In this document: one piece after another, positions 42,715 through 52,389 of the stretch
Position numbering within the stretch: position 1 is the stretch's first letter
Layout: each line of letters begins with the position of its first letter
DNA from: Chloroflexota bacterium
GTDB lineage: Bacteria; Chloroflexota; Dehalococcoidia; UBA2979
Direction of reading: 5' to 3'
Length of the DNA: 64,000 nt
Assembly (NCBI GenBank): GCA_009840945.1
Contig: VXMU01000052.1
Location: 6,885-70,884, forward strand
Position numbers and translations under genes: made by a program
The notes under the pieces: generated by a model
Databases searched by the model: none
What the model was told of the DNA's origin: nothing
The model's input: only the letters and a program-made list of their open reading frames with translations

Positions 42715-44133
42715 ATGACAACCGTGAACCCGAAGGCACGCGAGGCTGTCGGCGAGTACCAGTGGGGCTTCCACGACACCGAGGCGCCGCTCTTCCGCGC
42801 CGACAAGGGGCTGGACGAGGAAGTCGTACGCCAGATCTCCGGGCTCAAGGACGAGCCGGAGTGGATGCGCGAGTTCCGCCTCGAGTCGCTCCGCACCTTC
42901 TTCGAGAAGGAGGACCCGACCTGGGCCGGCAGCCCCGACCTCCTCGAGGCCATCGACTTCGACGCCATCACCTACTACGTCCGCGCGACCGACCGCGACT
43001 CCACGGACTGGGATGACGTGCCCGAGTACATCAAGGACACGTTCGACAAGCTCGGCATCCCGGAGGCGGAGCGCCAGTTCCTGGCCGGCGCGGGCGCGCA
43101 GTACGACTCCGAGGTGGTCTACCACAACATCCGCGAGGACCTCGCCAAGCAGGGCGTGGTCTTCCTTGGGATGGACCAGGGGCTCGCCGAGTACGGCGAC
43201 CTGGTGGAGGAGCACTTCGGGACCGTGGTGCCGCCGGGGGACAACAAGTACGCCGCGCTCAACAGCGCCGTGTGGTCCGGTGGCTCGTTCATCTACGTGC
43301 CGCCGGGCGTGCACGTCGAGGTGCCGCTGCAGGCCTACTTCCGCATCAACACCGAGAGCATGGGCCAGTTCGAGCGGACGCTGATCATCGCCGACGAGGG
43401 CTCGTACGTGCACTACGTGGAGGGCTGCACCGCGCCTATCTACAGCACGGACTCGCTGCACTCGGCAGTGGTCGAGATCATCGTCAAGAAGGACGCTCGC
43501 GTCCGCTACACGACCATCCAGAACTGGTCGAACAACGTCTACAACCTCGTCACCAAGCGTGCGGTCGCGTACGAGAACGCCGTGATGGAGTGGGTGGACG
43601 GCAACATCGGCTCGAAGCTCACGATGAAGTACCCCTCGGTCTACCTCATGGAGCCGGGCGCGCATGGCGAGATCCTCTCGCTGGCGTTCGCCGGGGACGG
43701 GCAGCACCAGGACGCGGGCGGCAAGGTCATCCACGTCGCGCCCGACACCTCGTCGGCCATCGTCTCCAAGTCCGTCTCGCGCGGTAGCGGCCGCACCTCC
43801 TACCGCGGCCTGCTCAAGGTCGAGGAGGGCGCCGAGGGCTCCACGTCGACGGTGCGTTGCGACGCGCTGCTGCTGGACGAGCACTCCCGCTCCGACACCT
43901 ACCCGACCATGGAGGTGGACGAGGAGCGCGTGAACATCGGCCACGAGGCCTCGGTCTCCAAGCTCGGCGACGACCAGCTCTTCTACCTGATGTCGCGCGG
44001 GCTCACCGAGGAGGAGGCCGGCAAGATGGTCGTCAACGGCTTCGTCGAGCCGATCGTCAAGGAGCTGCCGATGGAGTACGCCATCGAGCTCAACCGCCTC
44101 ATCGAGCTCCAGATGGAAGGCTCGGTCGGCTAG
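42715..44133 (+). CDS. sufB: Fe-S cluster assembly scaffold protein SufB
   Basis: 472 aa with full-length SufB similarity (…[30 protein letters not shown]…). Confidence 0.9.
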   Translation: MTTVNPKAREAVGEYQWGFHDTEAPLFRADKGLDEEVVRQISGLKDEPEWMREFRLESLRTFFEKEDPTWAGSPDLLEAIDFDAITYYVRATDRDSTDWDDVPEYIKDTFDKLGIPEAERQFLAGAGAQYDSEVVYHNIREDLAKQGVVFLGMDQGLAEYGDLVEEHFGTVVPPGDNKYAALNSAVWSGGSFIYVPPGVHVEVPLQAYFRINTESMGQFERTLIIADEGSYVHYVEGCTAPIYSTDSLHSAVVEIIVKKDARVRYTTIQNWSNNVYNLVTKRAVAYENAVMEWVDGNIGSKLTMKYPSVYLMEPGAHGEILSLAFAGDGQHQDAGGKVIHVAPDTSSAIVSKSVSRGSGRTSYRGLLKVEEGAEGSTSTVRCDALLLDEHSRSDTYPTMEVDEERVNIGHEASVSKLGDDQLFYLMSRGLTEEEAGKMVVNGFVEPIVKELPMEYAIELNRLIELQMEGSVG

Positions 44134-44170
44134 CGCCGGCCCTCGAAGGAATCGAGCACACAGGACGCCC

Positions 44171-45391
44171 ATGACGACCGACGCCGCCACCGACCACTAC
44201 GCGGAGCCCGCCGTGACCGTCGCCGCCGAGGGGCGCGGCGAGCCCGGCTGGCTCCGCGACCGCCGCGCCGAGGCCGCTCGCGCCTTCGACGCCACCCCCC
44301 TGCCCACGCGCGCGCTGCGCCCGTGGCGCTACACCGACGTGACGGGGCTCGACTTCGCCGCGTTCGCGCCCACGCCCGGCGCACTCAGCATCGAAGCCAC
44401 GACGCCCGACGGCGCCTACGCCGGGACGATCGCCGGCGCGCTCGGCACCCACGAGGCGATCGTGCGCGACGGCCTCGGCTCGCTCGCGCCGGCGACCGAG
44501 GGCAAGTTCCAGGCCGCCAGCGCCACGCTCTGGACCGACGGCGTGCTGGTCCACGCACCCGCGCGCACGGTCTTCGACGCACCCGTCGTCGCCGAGCTCG
44601 ACGTGCCCGAGGGCGACGCCGCGGTCTTCCCGCGCGTGCTCGTCGTCGCCGGCGAGCACGCCGAGGTGACCGTGGTGCTGCGCCTCCGCTCGACCAACGC
44701 CCCGCTGCTCGCGGCCGGCATCGTCGAGATCGAGGCGGGCCAGGCCGCGCGCGTGCGGCTGCTCATCGACGACCGCTGGGGCGCCGACACGCAGGACTAC
44801 ACCACCGTCCGCGCGCGCCTCGGCCGCGACGCCGACCTCCAGGTCGCCTCGCTGGCCATCGGCGGGCGCGTGGTCAAGCAGACCGTCGAGGTCACGCTGG
44901 AGGGCGAGGGCGCCAACTCGGCGATCCGCGCCGTCGCGCTCGGCGACGAGGACCAGCACTTCGACTTCGTTACGTTGCAGGACCACACGGGCCCGCGTAC
45001 CACCTCGGACGTCGAGGTGAAGGCGGCGCTCGCCGGTGCCTCACGCTCGATCTACTACGGCATCACGCGCGTGGGCGAGGAAGCCGCGGGCGCGGAGGCG
45101 AACCAGCAGAACCGCAACCTGCTGCTCTCGAACGCCTCGAAGGCCGACTCCGACCCGGTGCTCGAGATCCTGACAGCCGACGTGATCCGCTGCGGCCACG
45201 GCGCGACCGTGGGGCCGGTGGACGACGAGGCGCTGTTCTACCTCCAGAGCCGCGGGCTCGACCGCCGCACGTCCTTGCAGCTCCTCGTGAGCGGCTTCTT
45301 CCAGACCGTGCTGCGCGACATCCGCCTGGAGGGCGTCGCCGAGGAGCTCGAGGAGACGGTCTTCGCCAAGCTCGCCCGGGCCGAGCTGTAG
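44171..45391 (+). CDS. sufD: Fe-S cluster assembly protein SufD
   Basis: 406 aa; SufB/D C-terminal beta-helix region (...ADSDPVLEILTADVIRCGHGATVGPVDDEALFYLQSRGL...). Confidence 0.85.
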   Translation: MTTDAATDHYAEPAVTVAAEGRGEPGWLRDRRAEAARAFDATPLPTRALRPWRYTDVTGLDFAAFAPTPGALSIEATTPDGAYAGTIAGALGTHEAIVRDGLGSLAPATEGKFQAASATLWTDGVLVHAPARTVFDAPVVAELDVPEGDAAVFPRVLVVAGEHAEVTVVLRLRSTNAPLLAAGIVEIEAGQAARVRLLIDDRWGADTQDYTTVRARLGRDADLQVASLAIGGRVVKQTVEVTLEGEGANSAIRAVALGDEDQHFDFVTLQDHTGPRTTSDVEVKAALAGASRSIYYGITRVGEEAAGAEANQQNRNLLLSNASKADSDPVLEILTADVIRCGHGATVGPVDDEALFYLQSRGLDRRTSLQLLVSGFFQTVLRDIRLEGVAEELEETVFAKLARAEL

Positions 45392-45414
45392 CCGCCCCAT
45401 GGAAGGTTGCGCCC

Positions 45415-45735
45415 GTGCCGCGTGAGCGCGTCGCCTCGGTCTCCGAGATTCCCGAGGGTGAGGTACGCGTGGTGCTCTGCTCCAGTGGCCGCTCGCTCGC
45501 GGTCAGCAACGTGGAGGGCGAGCTCTTCGCCATCGACAACGTCTGCACCCACGACGACGGCCCGCTCGGCGAGGGGCGGCTGCGCGGCGGCCGAGTGATC
45601 TGCCCCCGCCACGGCGCGGCCTTCGACGCTCGCACCGGCCGCGCGCTCACGCTGCCGGCCGTGCGCGGCGTCAGCGCCTACGACGTGACCGTGGACGGCG
45701 AGGACGTGCTCGTGGATTGCGAGGCGGCATCGTGA
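45415..45735 (+). CDS. Rieske (2Fe-2S) ferredoxin-like protein embedded in the suf operon
   Basis: CTHDDGPL...CPRHGAAF Rieske CxH/CxxH boxes. GTG with GGAAGG upstream; an alternative ATG lies at 45399. Confidence 0.75.
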   Translation: MPRERVASVSEIPEGEVRVVLCSSGRSLAVSNVEGELFAIDNVCTHDDGPLGEGRLRGGRVICPRHGAAFDARTGRALTLPAVRGVSAYDVTVDGEDVLVDCEAAS

Positions 45736-47018
45736 CCACCTCGGGCGACGGCGTCGGCAGCTCCGCCTACGCGTTCGATGTCGAGCGCATCCGCCGCGAC
45801 TTCCCCGTGCTCAAGCGCGAGGTCAACGGGCACACCCTCGTCTACCTCGACAACGCAGCTACCTCGCAGCGGCCCGTGCAGGTGATGGCGGAGATCACGC
45901 GCTTCTACCGCGACAGCAACGCCAACATCCACCGCGGCGTGCACACGCTCTCCGTCGAGGCAACCGACCAGTACGAGGGCGTGCGCGAGAAGGTGCGCTC
46001 CTTCATCGGCGCGCCGTCGGCGTCCGAGATCGTCTTCACCCGCAACACCACCGAGTCGATCAACCTCGTCGCGCACGCCTGGGCGCGCGCGTTCCTCGAG
46101 GCAGGCGACGAGGTGGTGATCTCCGAGATCGAGCACCACTCGAACATCGTCCCGTGGCAGATGCTGCGCGACGAGCGCGGCATCGTGCTGCGCCACATCC
46201 CGATGCTCGACGACGGCACGCTGGACCTCGACGTTGCCCGCGCGACCATCGGCCCGCGGACGAAGCTGCTGGCCATCACGCTGATGTCGAACGCCCTCGG
46301 CACCATCGTCCCCGTCGGCGAGCTGGCCGACCTCGCGCATGCGCACGGCGCGCGCGTGCTGGTCGACGCGGCGCAGGCCGCGCCGCACCTGCCGATCGAC
46401 GTCGGCGAACTGGGCGCGGACTTCCTCGCGTTCTCCGCCCACAAGATGCTCGGCCCCACCGGCGTCGGCGTGCTGTGGGCGCGCGGCGAGCTGCTGGAAG
46501 CCATGCCCCCGTTCCTCGGCGGCGGCGACATGATCGCCACCGTCTCGCTCACCGAGTCCACGTGGAACGAGGTGCCCCACAAGTTCGAGGCCGGCACCCC
46601 CAACGTCGGCGGCGTCATCGCCTTCGGCACCGCCATCGACTACCTGCAGGCGCTCGACATGGAGCGGGTGCGGGCGCACGAGCGCGAGCTGACGGGCTAC
46701 GCGCTGAGCACGCTCGCGCGCGTGCCGGGCGTGACGCTGCACGGCCCCCTCGACCCCAACCTGCGGGGCGGCGTCGTCTCGTTCAGCCTCGAGGGCGTCC
46801 ACCCGCACGACGTCGGGCAGGTGCTCGACAGCCGCGGGGTCGCGATCCGCGCCGGGCACCACTGCGCGCAGCCGGTGATGCAGCGCCTCGGCATCCCGGC
46901 CACCGCGCGCGCGTCGTTCTACATCTACAACACCCGCGACGAGGTCGACGCGCTCGAGGAGGCGGTCCGCGAGACCGCGAGCTACTTCGGCTTCACGCCC
47001 GGGGCCACGGTGGCCTGA
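45732..47018 (+). CDS. sufS: Cysteine desulfurase SufS (class V aminotransferase, group II)
   Basis: PLP-Lys region FLAFSAHKMLGPTGVGVL and catalytic Cys loop RAGHHCAQP. Start overlaps the Rieske stop. Confidence 0.9.
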   Translation: MTTSGDGVGSSAYAFDVERIRRDFPVLKREVNGHTLVYLDNAATSQRPVQVMAEITRFYRDSNANIHRGVHTLSVEATDQYEGVREKVRSFIGAPSASEIVFTRNTTESINLVAHAWARAFLEAGDEVVISEIEHHSNIVPWQMLRDERGIVLRHIPMLDDGTLDLDVARATIGPRTKLLAITLMSNALGTIVPVGELADLAHAHGARVLVDAAQAAPHLPIDVGELGADFLAFSAHKMLGPTGVGVLWARGELLEAMPPFLGGGDMIATVSLTESTWNEVPHKFEAGTPNVGGVIAFGTAIDYLQALDMERVRAHERELTGYALSTLARVPGVTLHGPLDPNLRGGVVSFSLEGVHPHDVGQVLDSRGVAIRAGHHCAQPVMQRLGIPATARASFYIYNTRDEVDALEEAVRETASYFGFTPGATVA

Positions 47019-47020
47019 CG

Positions 47021-47500
47021 ATGACCGACGCCGCCCTCGACGACCTCTACCGCGAGATCCTGCTCGACCACTACCGCAGCCCGCGCAACCGCGGCCGCCT
47101 GGACGCGCCCACGGCCAGCGCCGACGGCGCGAACCCGCTCTGCGGCGACCAGATCACACTCGACGTCGTCCTCGACGACGACGGCAACGTCGTGGACGTG
47201 GCGTTCGAGGGCTCGGGCTGCTCGATCTCGCAGGCGTCGAGTTCGATGATGACCGGGTACGTGAAGGGGCGGCCCACCGAGGAGGCCCTCGCCGGCGTCG
47301 AGGCGTTCCAGCGCATGATGGTCGACGGCGACCCGCTCGACGAGGAGTTCGGCGACATCGAGGCGCTCTCGGGCGTGCGCAAGTTCCCGGTGCGGGTAAA
47401 GTGTGCATCGCTCGCCTGGAAGACCCTCGAACAGGCGCTGACCGCGCAAGCGGACCAGGCCGATCCCGTCACGACCGACGAGAGGAGCATGACGACATGA
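47021..47500 (+). CDS. sufU: SUF sulfur-transfer/scaffold protein SufU (NifU-like N-terminal domain)
   Basis: ...NPLCGDQITL...GSGCSISQASSSMM...VRVKCASLAW three-Cys/Asp pattern. Confidence 0.85.
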   Translation: MTDAALDDLYREILLDHYRSPRNRGRLDAPTASADGANPLCGDQITLDVVLDDDGNVVDVAFEGSGCSISQASSSMMTGYVKGRPTEEALAGVEAFQRMMVDGDPLDEEFGDIEALSGVRKFPVRVKCASLAWKTLEQALTAQADQADPVTTDERSMTT

Positions 47501-47826
47501 CCGACACGACCTCCGTGGAGCGCCCGAACGTCGATACGCTGCGCGAGATCCTGCGAGACATCCAGGACCCCGAGTTGCGCATGAGCATTGTCGACCTCGG
47601 CCTCGTCTACCACGTCGACATCGACGACGACGGGCTCGTGACCATCGACCTCACGCTCACCACGCCGGCGTGCCCGATCGGCCCGATGCTGCAGGGGCAG
47701 GCGTACCACATGCTCACCCAGCTCGAAGGCGTCGAGGACGTCGAGGTGAACCTGGTGTGGGACCCGCCCTGGGACCCAAAGACCATGGCCTCGGAAGAGG
47801 TCCGGATGCAGCTCGGCATCTGGTAG
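47497..47826 (+). CDS. sufT: DUF59/MIP18-family Fe-S assembly protein (SufT-like)
   Basis: ...DPELRMSIVDLGLVYHVDID...LTTPACPIGPMLQ... DUF59 motif. ATGA overlap with sufU. Confidence 0.75.
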   Translation: MTDTTSVERPNVDTLREILRDIQDPELRMSIVDLGLVYHVDIDDDGLVTIDLTLTTPACPIGPMLQGQAYHMLTQLEGVEDVEVNLVWDPPWDPKTMASEEVRMQLGIW

Positions 47827-47872
47827 CACTGCACCCCCTCGCGCCGTCCCGCCACTCGATCATGCGCCCCGC

Positions 47873-49570
47873 ATGACGGCCGACTCGCAGCCTCCCCGGG
47901 GGCGGCCTCGCAGCCGCCGCGACGTGCTGCGCCTCGGTGCGGGCGTGCTCGCCGCCGCCCTGCTCGCGGCGTGCACCACGTCCGACGACGAGGAGCCCGA
48001 GCCCGGCGAGACGCCCGAGCCCACGCCGTCGCCTGGTCCCGCGTTGCCCCTCGCACCCCTGCCCGCCATCCCGGCCGTCGCGTCGAACGGCCTGCTGCGG
48101 CTCGCCACCGTCGCCGAGCCGGAGGTGCCGACGGCGCTCGTCTACTCCACGCTGGTCACGGTCGACCCTCGCGACGCCCGCATCCACAGCGACCTCGCGG
48201 ACTTCATCGAGCAGCCCGACGCGCTCACCGTCACGTTCACGATGAACTCCCACGCCGTCTACCACCCGCGCAGCGGTGGCTCGGGCAGCGGGCCGGATGC
48301 GATCGACGCCTCCGAGGTGGCCCGTGACTTCACCATCCGCGCCGACGCCGAGGAGTTCCTGTTCAGCCATGTCGCCGACGAGATCACCGCCGTCGACTCG
48401 CTGACGCTGCGGCTCGGGCTGCGCGCCCCCTACGCGCTGCTCCTCGACCAGCTCGGCGACGTCGCGACCGCGGGCATCCGCGCCGACGCGCCGTCGACGG
48501 TCGGCATCCCGCTCGGGAGTGGCCCCTTCATCCCCGAGCGCCACGAGGACGGCAGCCTCATGCTGCGACCCCACGCCGGCTACCACCGCCTCGGGCTCCC
48601 GTTGCTGCGTGCGATCCAGATAGCCACCGCCGACCGCGAGCGCACGCTCGGCGCGGCCTTCGCGGGCGGCGCCCTCGACGTCCTCGCGCTCGGCTCGCCG
48701 GACAGCGTCCTGCGCGCCTCCGAGCGGTCCGACGCGCGGGTGCTGCAGCGCAGCTCGCGGCGCGCGCGCGGCCTCGGGCTCTCGCTCGTCGGCACGAAGG
48801 GCGGACGCGAGGTGCGCTTCCATCCGGCCTTCCAGGACCAGCGCGTCCGCCGCGCCGTCGCGATCTCGCTCGACCGCGACGCGATTGCGGCCTACGACGA
48901 CGCGGTCGACGCCGGACCGATCGGCCCCGCCTTCGCCGCCGACGCCCTCGAACCCGCCACCCTGGGGACGCACGAGCTGTTCCAGCACGACCCGCGCGAA
49001 GCGGCGCAGCTGCTGCAGGCTGCGGGCCACGAGGAGCTGACGTTCACCCTCGAGGCACCGCTCACGCAGCCGCTGCGCGGCCTCGCGCAGCTCATGGCGC
49101 GCCAGCTCCGCGAGGCCGGGGCCACGGCCGTGCTCGACCTCGTCGACCACTCGCGGCTGCAGACCGACCTCGCCGGGGGAGACTTCCAGGCGATCCTCTT
49201 CGAGCTCGAACCCGTGCGCTCCCCGGACATCGGGCTGCGGCTGCACATGTCGGGCGGGCTCAGCGGCGTCTCGCCGTGGGGCTACTCGAACCCCGTCTAC
49301 GACGGCGCGGTGCGCGACGTGCTGGCGTCCATCGACCCCGGCGCGCGGGCCGCGGGCGCGCGCGCCGCCCAGCGGCTGCTGCTCGACGACGTACCCGCGA
49401 TGATCCCGCTGCCGGAGCCCATCGAGCGCATCGCCATCGCGGAGGCCGTCGGCGGGTACGCGTACGACGCGTACGACTTCAACGAGCGCGGCCTCGGCTC
49501 GCTGTGGCACGTCGACACCGGCTCCGCGCAGACGCCTCGCCGGCCCGTCACCACGGCAGGTGCCCTGTGA
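47873..49570 (+). CDS. Solute-binding protein of ABC transporter family 5 (peptide/nickel type), Tat signal and lipobox, orphan
   Basis: RRDVLRLGAGVLAAALLAAC twin-arginine/lipoprotein signal, Pro/Glu-rich linker, SBP_bac_5-like body. No adjacent permease or ATPase genes. Confidence 0.6.
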   Translation: MTADSQPPRGRPRSRRDVLRLGAGVLAAALLAACTTSDDEEPEPGETPEPTPSPGPALPLAPLPAIPAVASNGLLRLATVAEPEVPTALVYSTLVTVDPRDARIHSDLADFIEQPDALTVTFTMNSHAVYHPRSGGSGSGPDAIDASEVARDFTIRADAEEFLFSHVADEITAVDSLTLRLGLRAPYALLLDQLGDVATAGIRADAPSTVGIPLGSGPFIPERHEDGSLMLRPHAGYHRLGLPLLRAIQIATADRERTLGAAFAGGALDVLALGSPDSVLRASERSDARVLQRSSRRARGLGLSLVGTKGGREVRFHPAFQDQRVRRAVAISLDRDAIAAYDDAVDAGPIGPAFAADALEPATLGTHELFQHDPREAAQLLQAAGHEELTFTLEAPLTQPLRGLAQLMARQLREAGATAVLDLVDHSRLQTDLAGGDFQAILFELEPVRSPDIGLRLHMSGGLSGVSPWGYSNPVYDGAVRDVLASIDPGARAAGARAAQRLLLDDVPAMIPLPEPIERIAIAEAVGGYAYDAYDFNERGLGSLWHVDTGSAQTPRRPVTTAGAL

Positions 49571-50409
49571 CGTCGCCTCCCCCGCCTCCCGCGCTCGACC
49601 TCGACACACTGCGCGACGCCCTCGAGGCCGCCGTGCACGACGCCTGCGAGGCGATCCGCACGGTCATGCGCCGCGGCTCCGTCCGCGTCGGCCACAAGTG
49701 GGGCGAGGGCCCGGTCACCGAGGCCGACCACGCCGCCGACGAGATCCTGCACCGCCGCCTCACGCCGCTCATCACCGGCGCGCACTGGCTCTCCGAGGAG
49801 TCCGAGCAGGAACACCCGCTCGTCCCCGGCGAGCCGACGTGGGTGATCGACCCATTGGACGGTACGCGCGAGTTCCTGCGCGGCCTCCCGGAGTTCGGCG
49901 TCTCGGTCGGCCTCTTCGCGGAGGACCGGCTCGTGCTCGGCGCGGCGGGGCTGCCCGCCGGCGAGGAGCCCGTCGTCTACAGCGGCCTCGTCACCGACGG
50001 CCGCAGCGAGGCCCGCGTCGACGGCGTTTGGCTGCCGACACTCGATGGCAGCGGCGTCGACGCCGACGGCGAGGGTGACCCGGGCCGCATCGTCGTCTCG
50101 CGCTGGGACTACGAGCACCGCCGGCTGCAGCACCGCCTCCCCTTCGATGTGTACCCGCTGGGCTCGGCCGTCGTGAAGCTCGTCCACGCCGCCACCGGCG
50201 AGGCCGGCGTCTACCTCTCGACCGGCCCTCGGTCGGTCTGGGACGCGGCGGGCGGCGCAGCGGTCCTCGCCGCTGCGGGCGGCGTCATCCTCCAGACCAA
50301 CGGCCAGCCGCTCCACCTCTCCCCCCAGCAGGAGCGCATCCCCCCGTTCGTCGCCGGCGCCCCCGCCCGCGCAACCGCGCTACTCCGCAGCCTCGGCGTC
50401 GAGGTGTAG
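49567..50409 (+). CDS. Inositol-monophosphatase-family phosphatase, probably 3'(2'),5'-bisphosphate nucleotidase CysQ-like
   Basis: WVIDPLDGTREF metal-binding motif and ...EESE.... GTG overlaps the upstream stop. Confidence 0.7.
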   Translation: MTSPPPPPALDLDTLRDALEAAVHDACEAIRTVMRRGSVRVGHKWGEGPVTEADHAADEILHRRLTPLITGAHWLSEESEQEHPLVPGEPTWVIDPLDGTREFLRGLPEFGVSVGLFAEDRLVLGAAGLPAGEEPVVYSGLVTDGRSEARVDGVWLPTLDGSGVDADGEGDPGRIVVSRWDYEHRRLQHRLPFDVYPLGSAVVKLVHAATGEAGVYLSTGPRSVWDAAGGAAVLAAAGGVILQTNGQPLHLSPQQERIPPFVAGAPARATALLRSLGVEV

Positions 50410-50418
50410 GCAGGCGAG

Positions 50419-51747
50419 CTAGCGAGCCGGGGAGCCCTCGCGCGTGCCCGCCTCACGCTCCTCCGCCCCCCGTCTCGCCTCCCCCACCACCGTCGACCGG
50501 AAGCCGGGCGCGAGGAGGAGGACGGCGAGGGCGCCGACGATGACGAGCAGGGCGTAGATGATCTGGGCGGGCTGGGTGCCGATCGCCTCGGCGAGGAGGC
50601 CGCCGGCCGCGGCGCCCATCATCATCGTCGCGCGGTCAAAGGCGAGCAGGCCCATCAGGCGGCCTCGCATCTGGTCCGGCGCGGCGTCCAGCATGATCAC
50701 CTGCACCAGCGCGAACGCTCCCGACTGGAACAGCCCCGAAGCGAAGACGAGCACCAGCGGCAGCACCAGCCACGCCCGGCCCAGCTCGCCCGGCAGGTAG
50801 GTGCTGAGCGCGAACAGGATCAGCAGCGAGCCGAACGCGACCATCATCAGCGGCACCAGCACGCCGAGCCGCCGCGGCGACCTGGACGCGATGGTGAGCG
50901 CGCCCACCAGCGACCCCGCGCCCGTCAGCGACATCATCACCCCGAAGCCGAACGGCCCGATGTCGAGCACCTCGAGGGCGAAGAGCGGCGCGAAGAGCTG
51001 CATGAACGAGAGCCCGAACGCGAAGTAGATGAGCGCGAGGCCGATCGCGCCGCGGATGGTGGGCGTGCGCCACGCGTAGCGCATCGCGTCGCCGAGCCCG
51101 CCGAGCATCGCGCCGACGCCCGACGCGGCCGGCGGGACGTGCGGCGGCACGCGCAGCATCGAGGTGGCCGTGACGGTCCCCGCGTAGATGACGGCGATGG
51201 CGACGAACGCGCCGTTGACGCCGACCGCCGCGATGAGGAAGCCCGAGGCCGCCGTGCCCGCGATGCGCATCGTGTTCTGGGTCGCCGAGAAGAGCGCGAT
51301 CGCGTTGGTAACGCGGTCCGGCGGCACCACCTCGGGGACGAGCGACTGCCGCGCGGGCTGGTCGAACGCCATCGTCACGCCCCGGATCGCGGCGGCGGCG
51401 TAGATGTGCCAGAGCTCGATGAGCCCCGCGACCAGCAGCACCGCGAAGCTCACGTTGAGGACGAACGCGCCGATCTGCGAGAGCTGGAGCACGCGCTTGC
51501 GGTCGAACCAGTCGATGGCGACGCCGGCGAAGATGCCGAAGACGAACTGCGGCAGCGTGCGCGCCGCGATGACCCCGCCGAGCTGCGCGGGCGACTCGGT
51601 CAGCGCGTAGACGAGGTACGGCCGCGCGATGTTCTCCGTCCACAGCGCGGCGGAGTGGCTGGAGACGCCGAGCCAGAGCAGGCGGTAGTCGCGGATGCGC
51701 AGCGACGAGAACATGCTCGCGCGGTCTGCGGCCATGCTCGCCTCCAC
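50419..51747 (-). CDS. MFS transporter (EntS/macrolide-efflux-like)
   Basis: About 440 aa with 12 predicted TM helices and an MFS signature between TM2 and TM3 (DWFDRKRV). Confidence 0.8.
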   Translation of the reverse strand: MEASMAADRASMFSSLRIRDYRLLWLGVSSHSAALWTENIARPYLVYALTESPAQLGGVIAARTLPQFVFGIFAGVAIDWFDRKRVLQLSQIGAFVLNVSFAVLLVAGLIELWHIYAAAAIRGVTMAFDQPARQSLVPEVVPPDRVTNAIALFSATQNTMRIAGTAASGFLIAAVGVNGAFVAIAVIYAGTVTATSMLRVPPHVPPAASGVGAMLGGLGDAMRYAWRTPTIRGAIGLALIYFAFGLSFMQLFAPLFALEVLDIGPFGFGVMMSLTGAGSLVGALTIASRSPRRLGVLVPLMMVAFGSLLILFALSTYLPGELGRAWLVLPLVLVFASGLFQSGAFALVQVIMLDAAPDQMRGRLMGLLAFDRATMMMGAAAGGLLAEAIGTQPAQIIYALLVIVGALAVLLLAPGFRSTVVGEARRGAEEREAGTREGSPAR

Positions 51748-51801
51748 CCACTGGCCGAGGGCGCCCCGGGAGACGAACCTAACGTGCGCGTGAGACTGAC
51801 G

Positions 51802-52389
51802 CTAGCCGCGCGCCCCCGCCTCCTCCACCAGCAGGTCCGCCAGCGCCGCGAGGTCCGCCACGCGCTGGACGCGCTCGTGGTACGGCAGGTCGCGGTTGCG
51901 AGGCCAGTCGCGGAGGAACGGGCGCACCTCGGTGCGGTCGGCGAGGTACTGCGCGGTGCGGCCGTCGTCGTCGATGTGTTCGTCGGCCTCGAGGACCATG
52001 ACGGAGCCCGCCTTGAAGTGCGGGCTCGGCAGCCAGGTGATGTTCCAGTACGCGTTGTCCAGGTACAGGTCCAGCCCGTGCCATTCGAGCCAGTGGATCG
52101 GCGAGCTGCGCCGCCCGGTCAGCACCGCGACGCGACGCACCTCGCTCAGCCGCGCGAGCGCCTCGCCGACGCCGGGCAGCGGCCGCCGGAAGTCGAACCG
52201 CAGGTGGTCGAGGGGCCACGAGAGCCACTTCGGAGGCACCACTGCGCGGTGTGGCCGCTCGTGCGGGTCCAGGAAGCGGCGGCTGATCCCCATGTTGAGG
52301 CCGCGCTCGCCCCCGAACGGCGGGCCGCAGATCACCCCGTCGAGGTCGACGGTGAGCAGCGGGAGCTCTTCGCGGCCGCCCGTGGTCAT
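51802..52389 (-). CDS. HAD-like hydrolase (possible 5'(3')-deoxyribonucleotidase-type)
   Basis: LLTVDLDGVICGPP resembles HAD motif I (DxDGV). Start overlaps the stop of the Lon-like gene (same operon). Confidence 0.45.
   Translation of the reverse strand: MTTGGREELPLLTVDLDGVICGPPFGGERGLNMGISRRFLDPHERPHRAVVPPKWLSWPLDHLRFDFRRPLPGVGEALARLSEVRRVAVLTGRRSSPIHWLEWHGLDLYLDNAYWNITWLPSPHFKAGSVMVLEADEHIDDDGRTAQYLADRTEVRPFLRDWPRNRDLPYHERVQRVADLAALADLLVEEAGARG

Noticed and set aside
41836-44190. 784-aa minus-strand ORF antisense to sufC/sufB
   Set aside because: Antisense to genes with unambiguous, highly conserved SUF signatures; low-complexity translation. Treated as a GC artefact. The same applies to 52671-54965 (+) antisense to the Lon-like gene, 57844-58932 (+) overlapping menF, 18595-20046 (+) and 19490-20515 (-).
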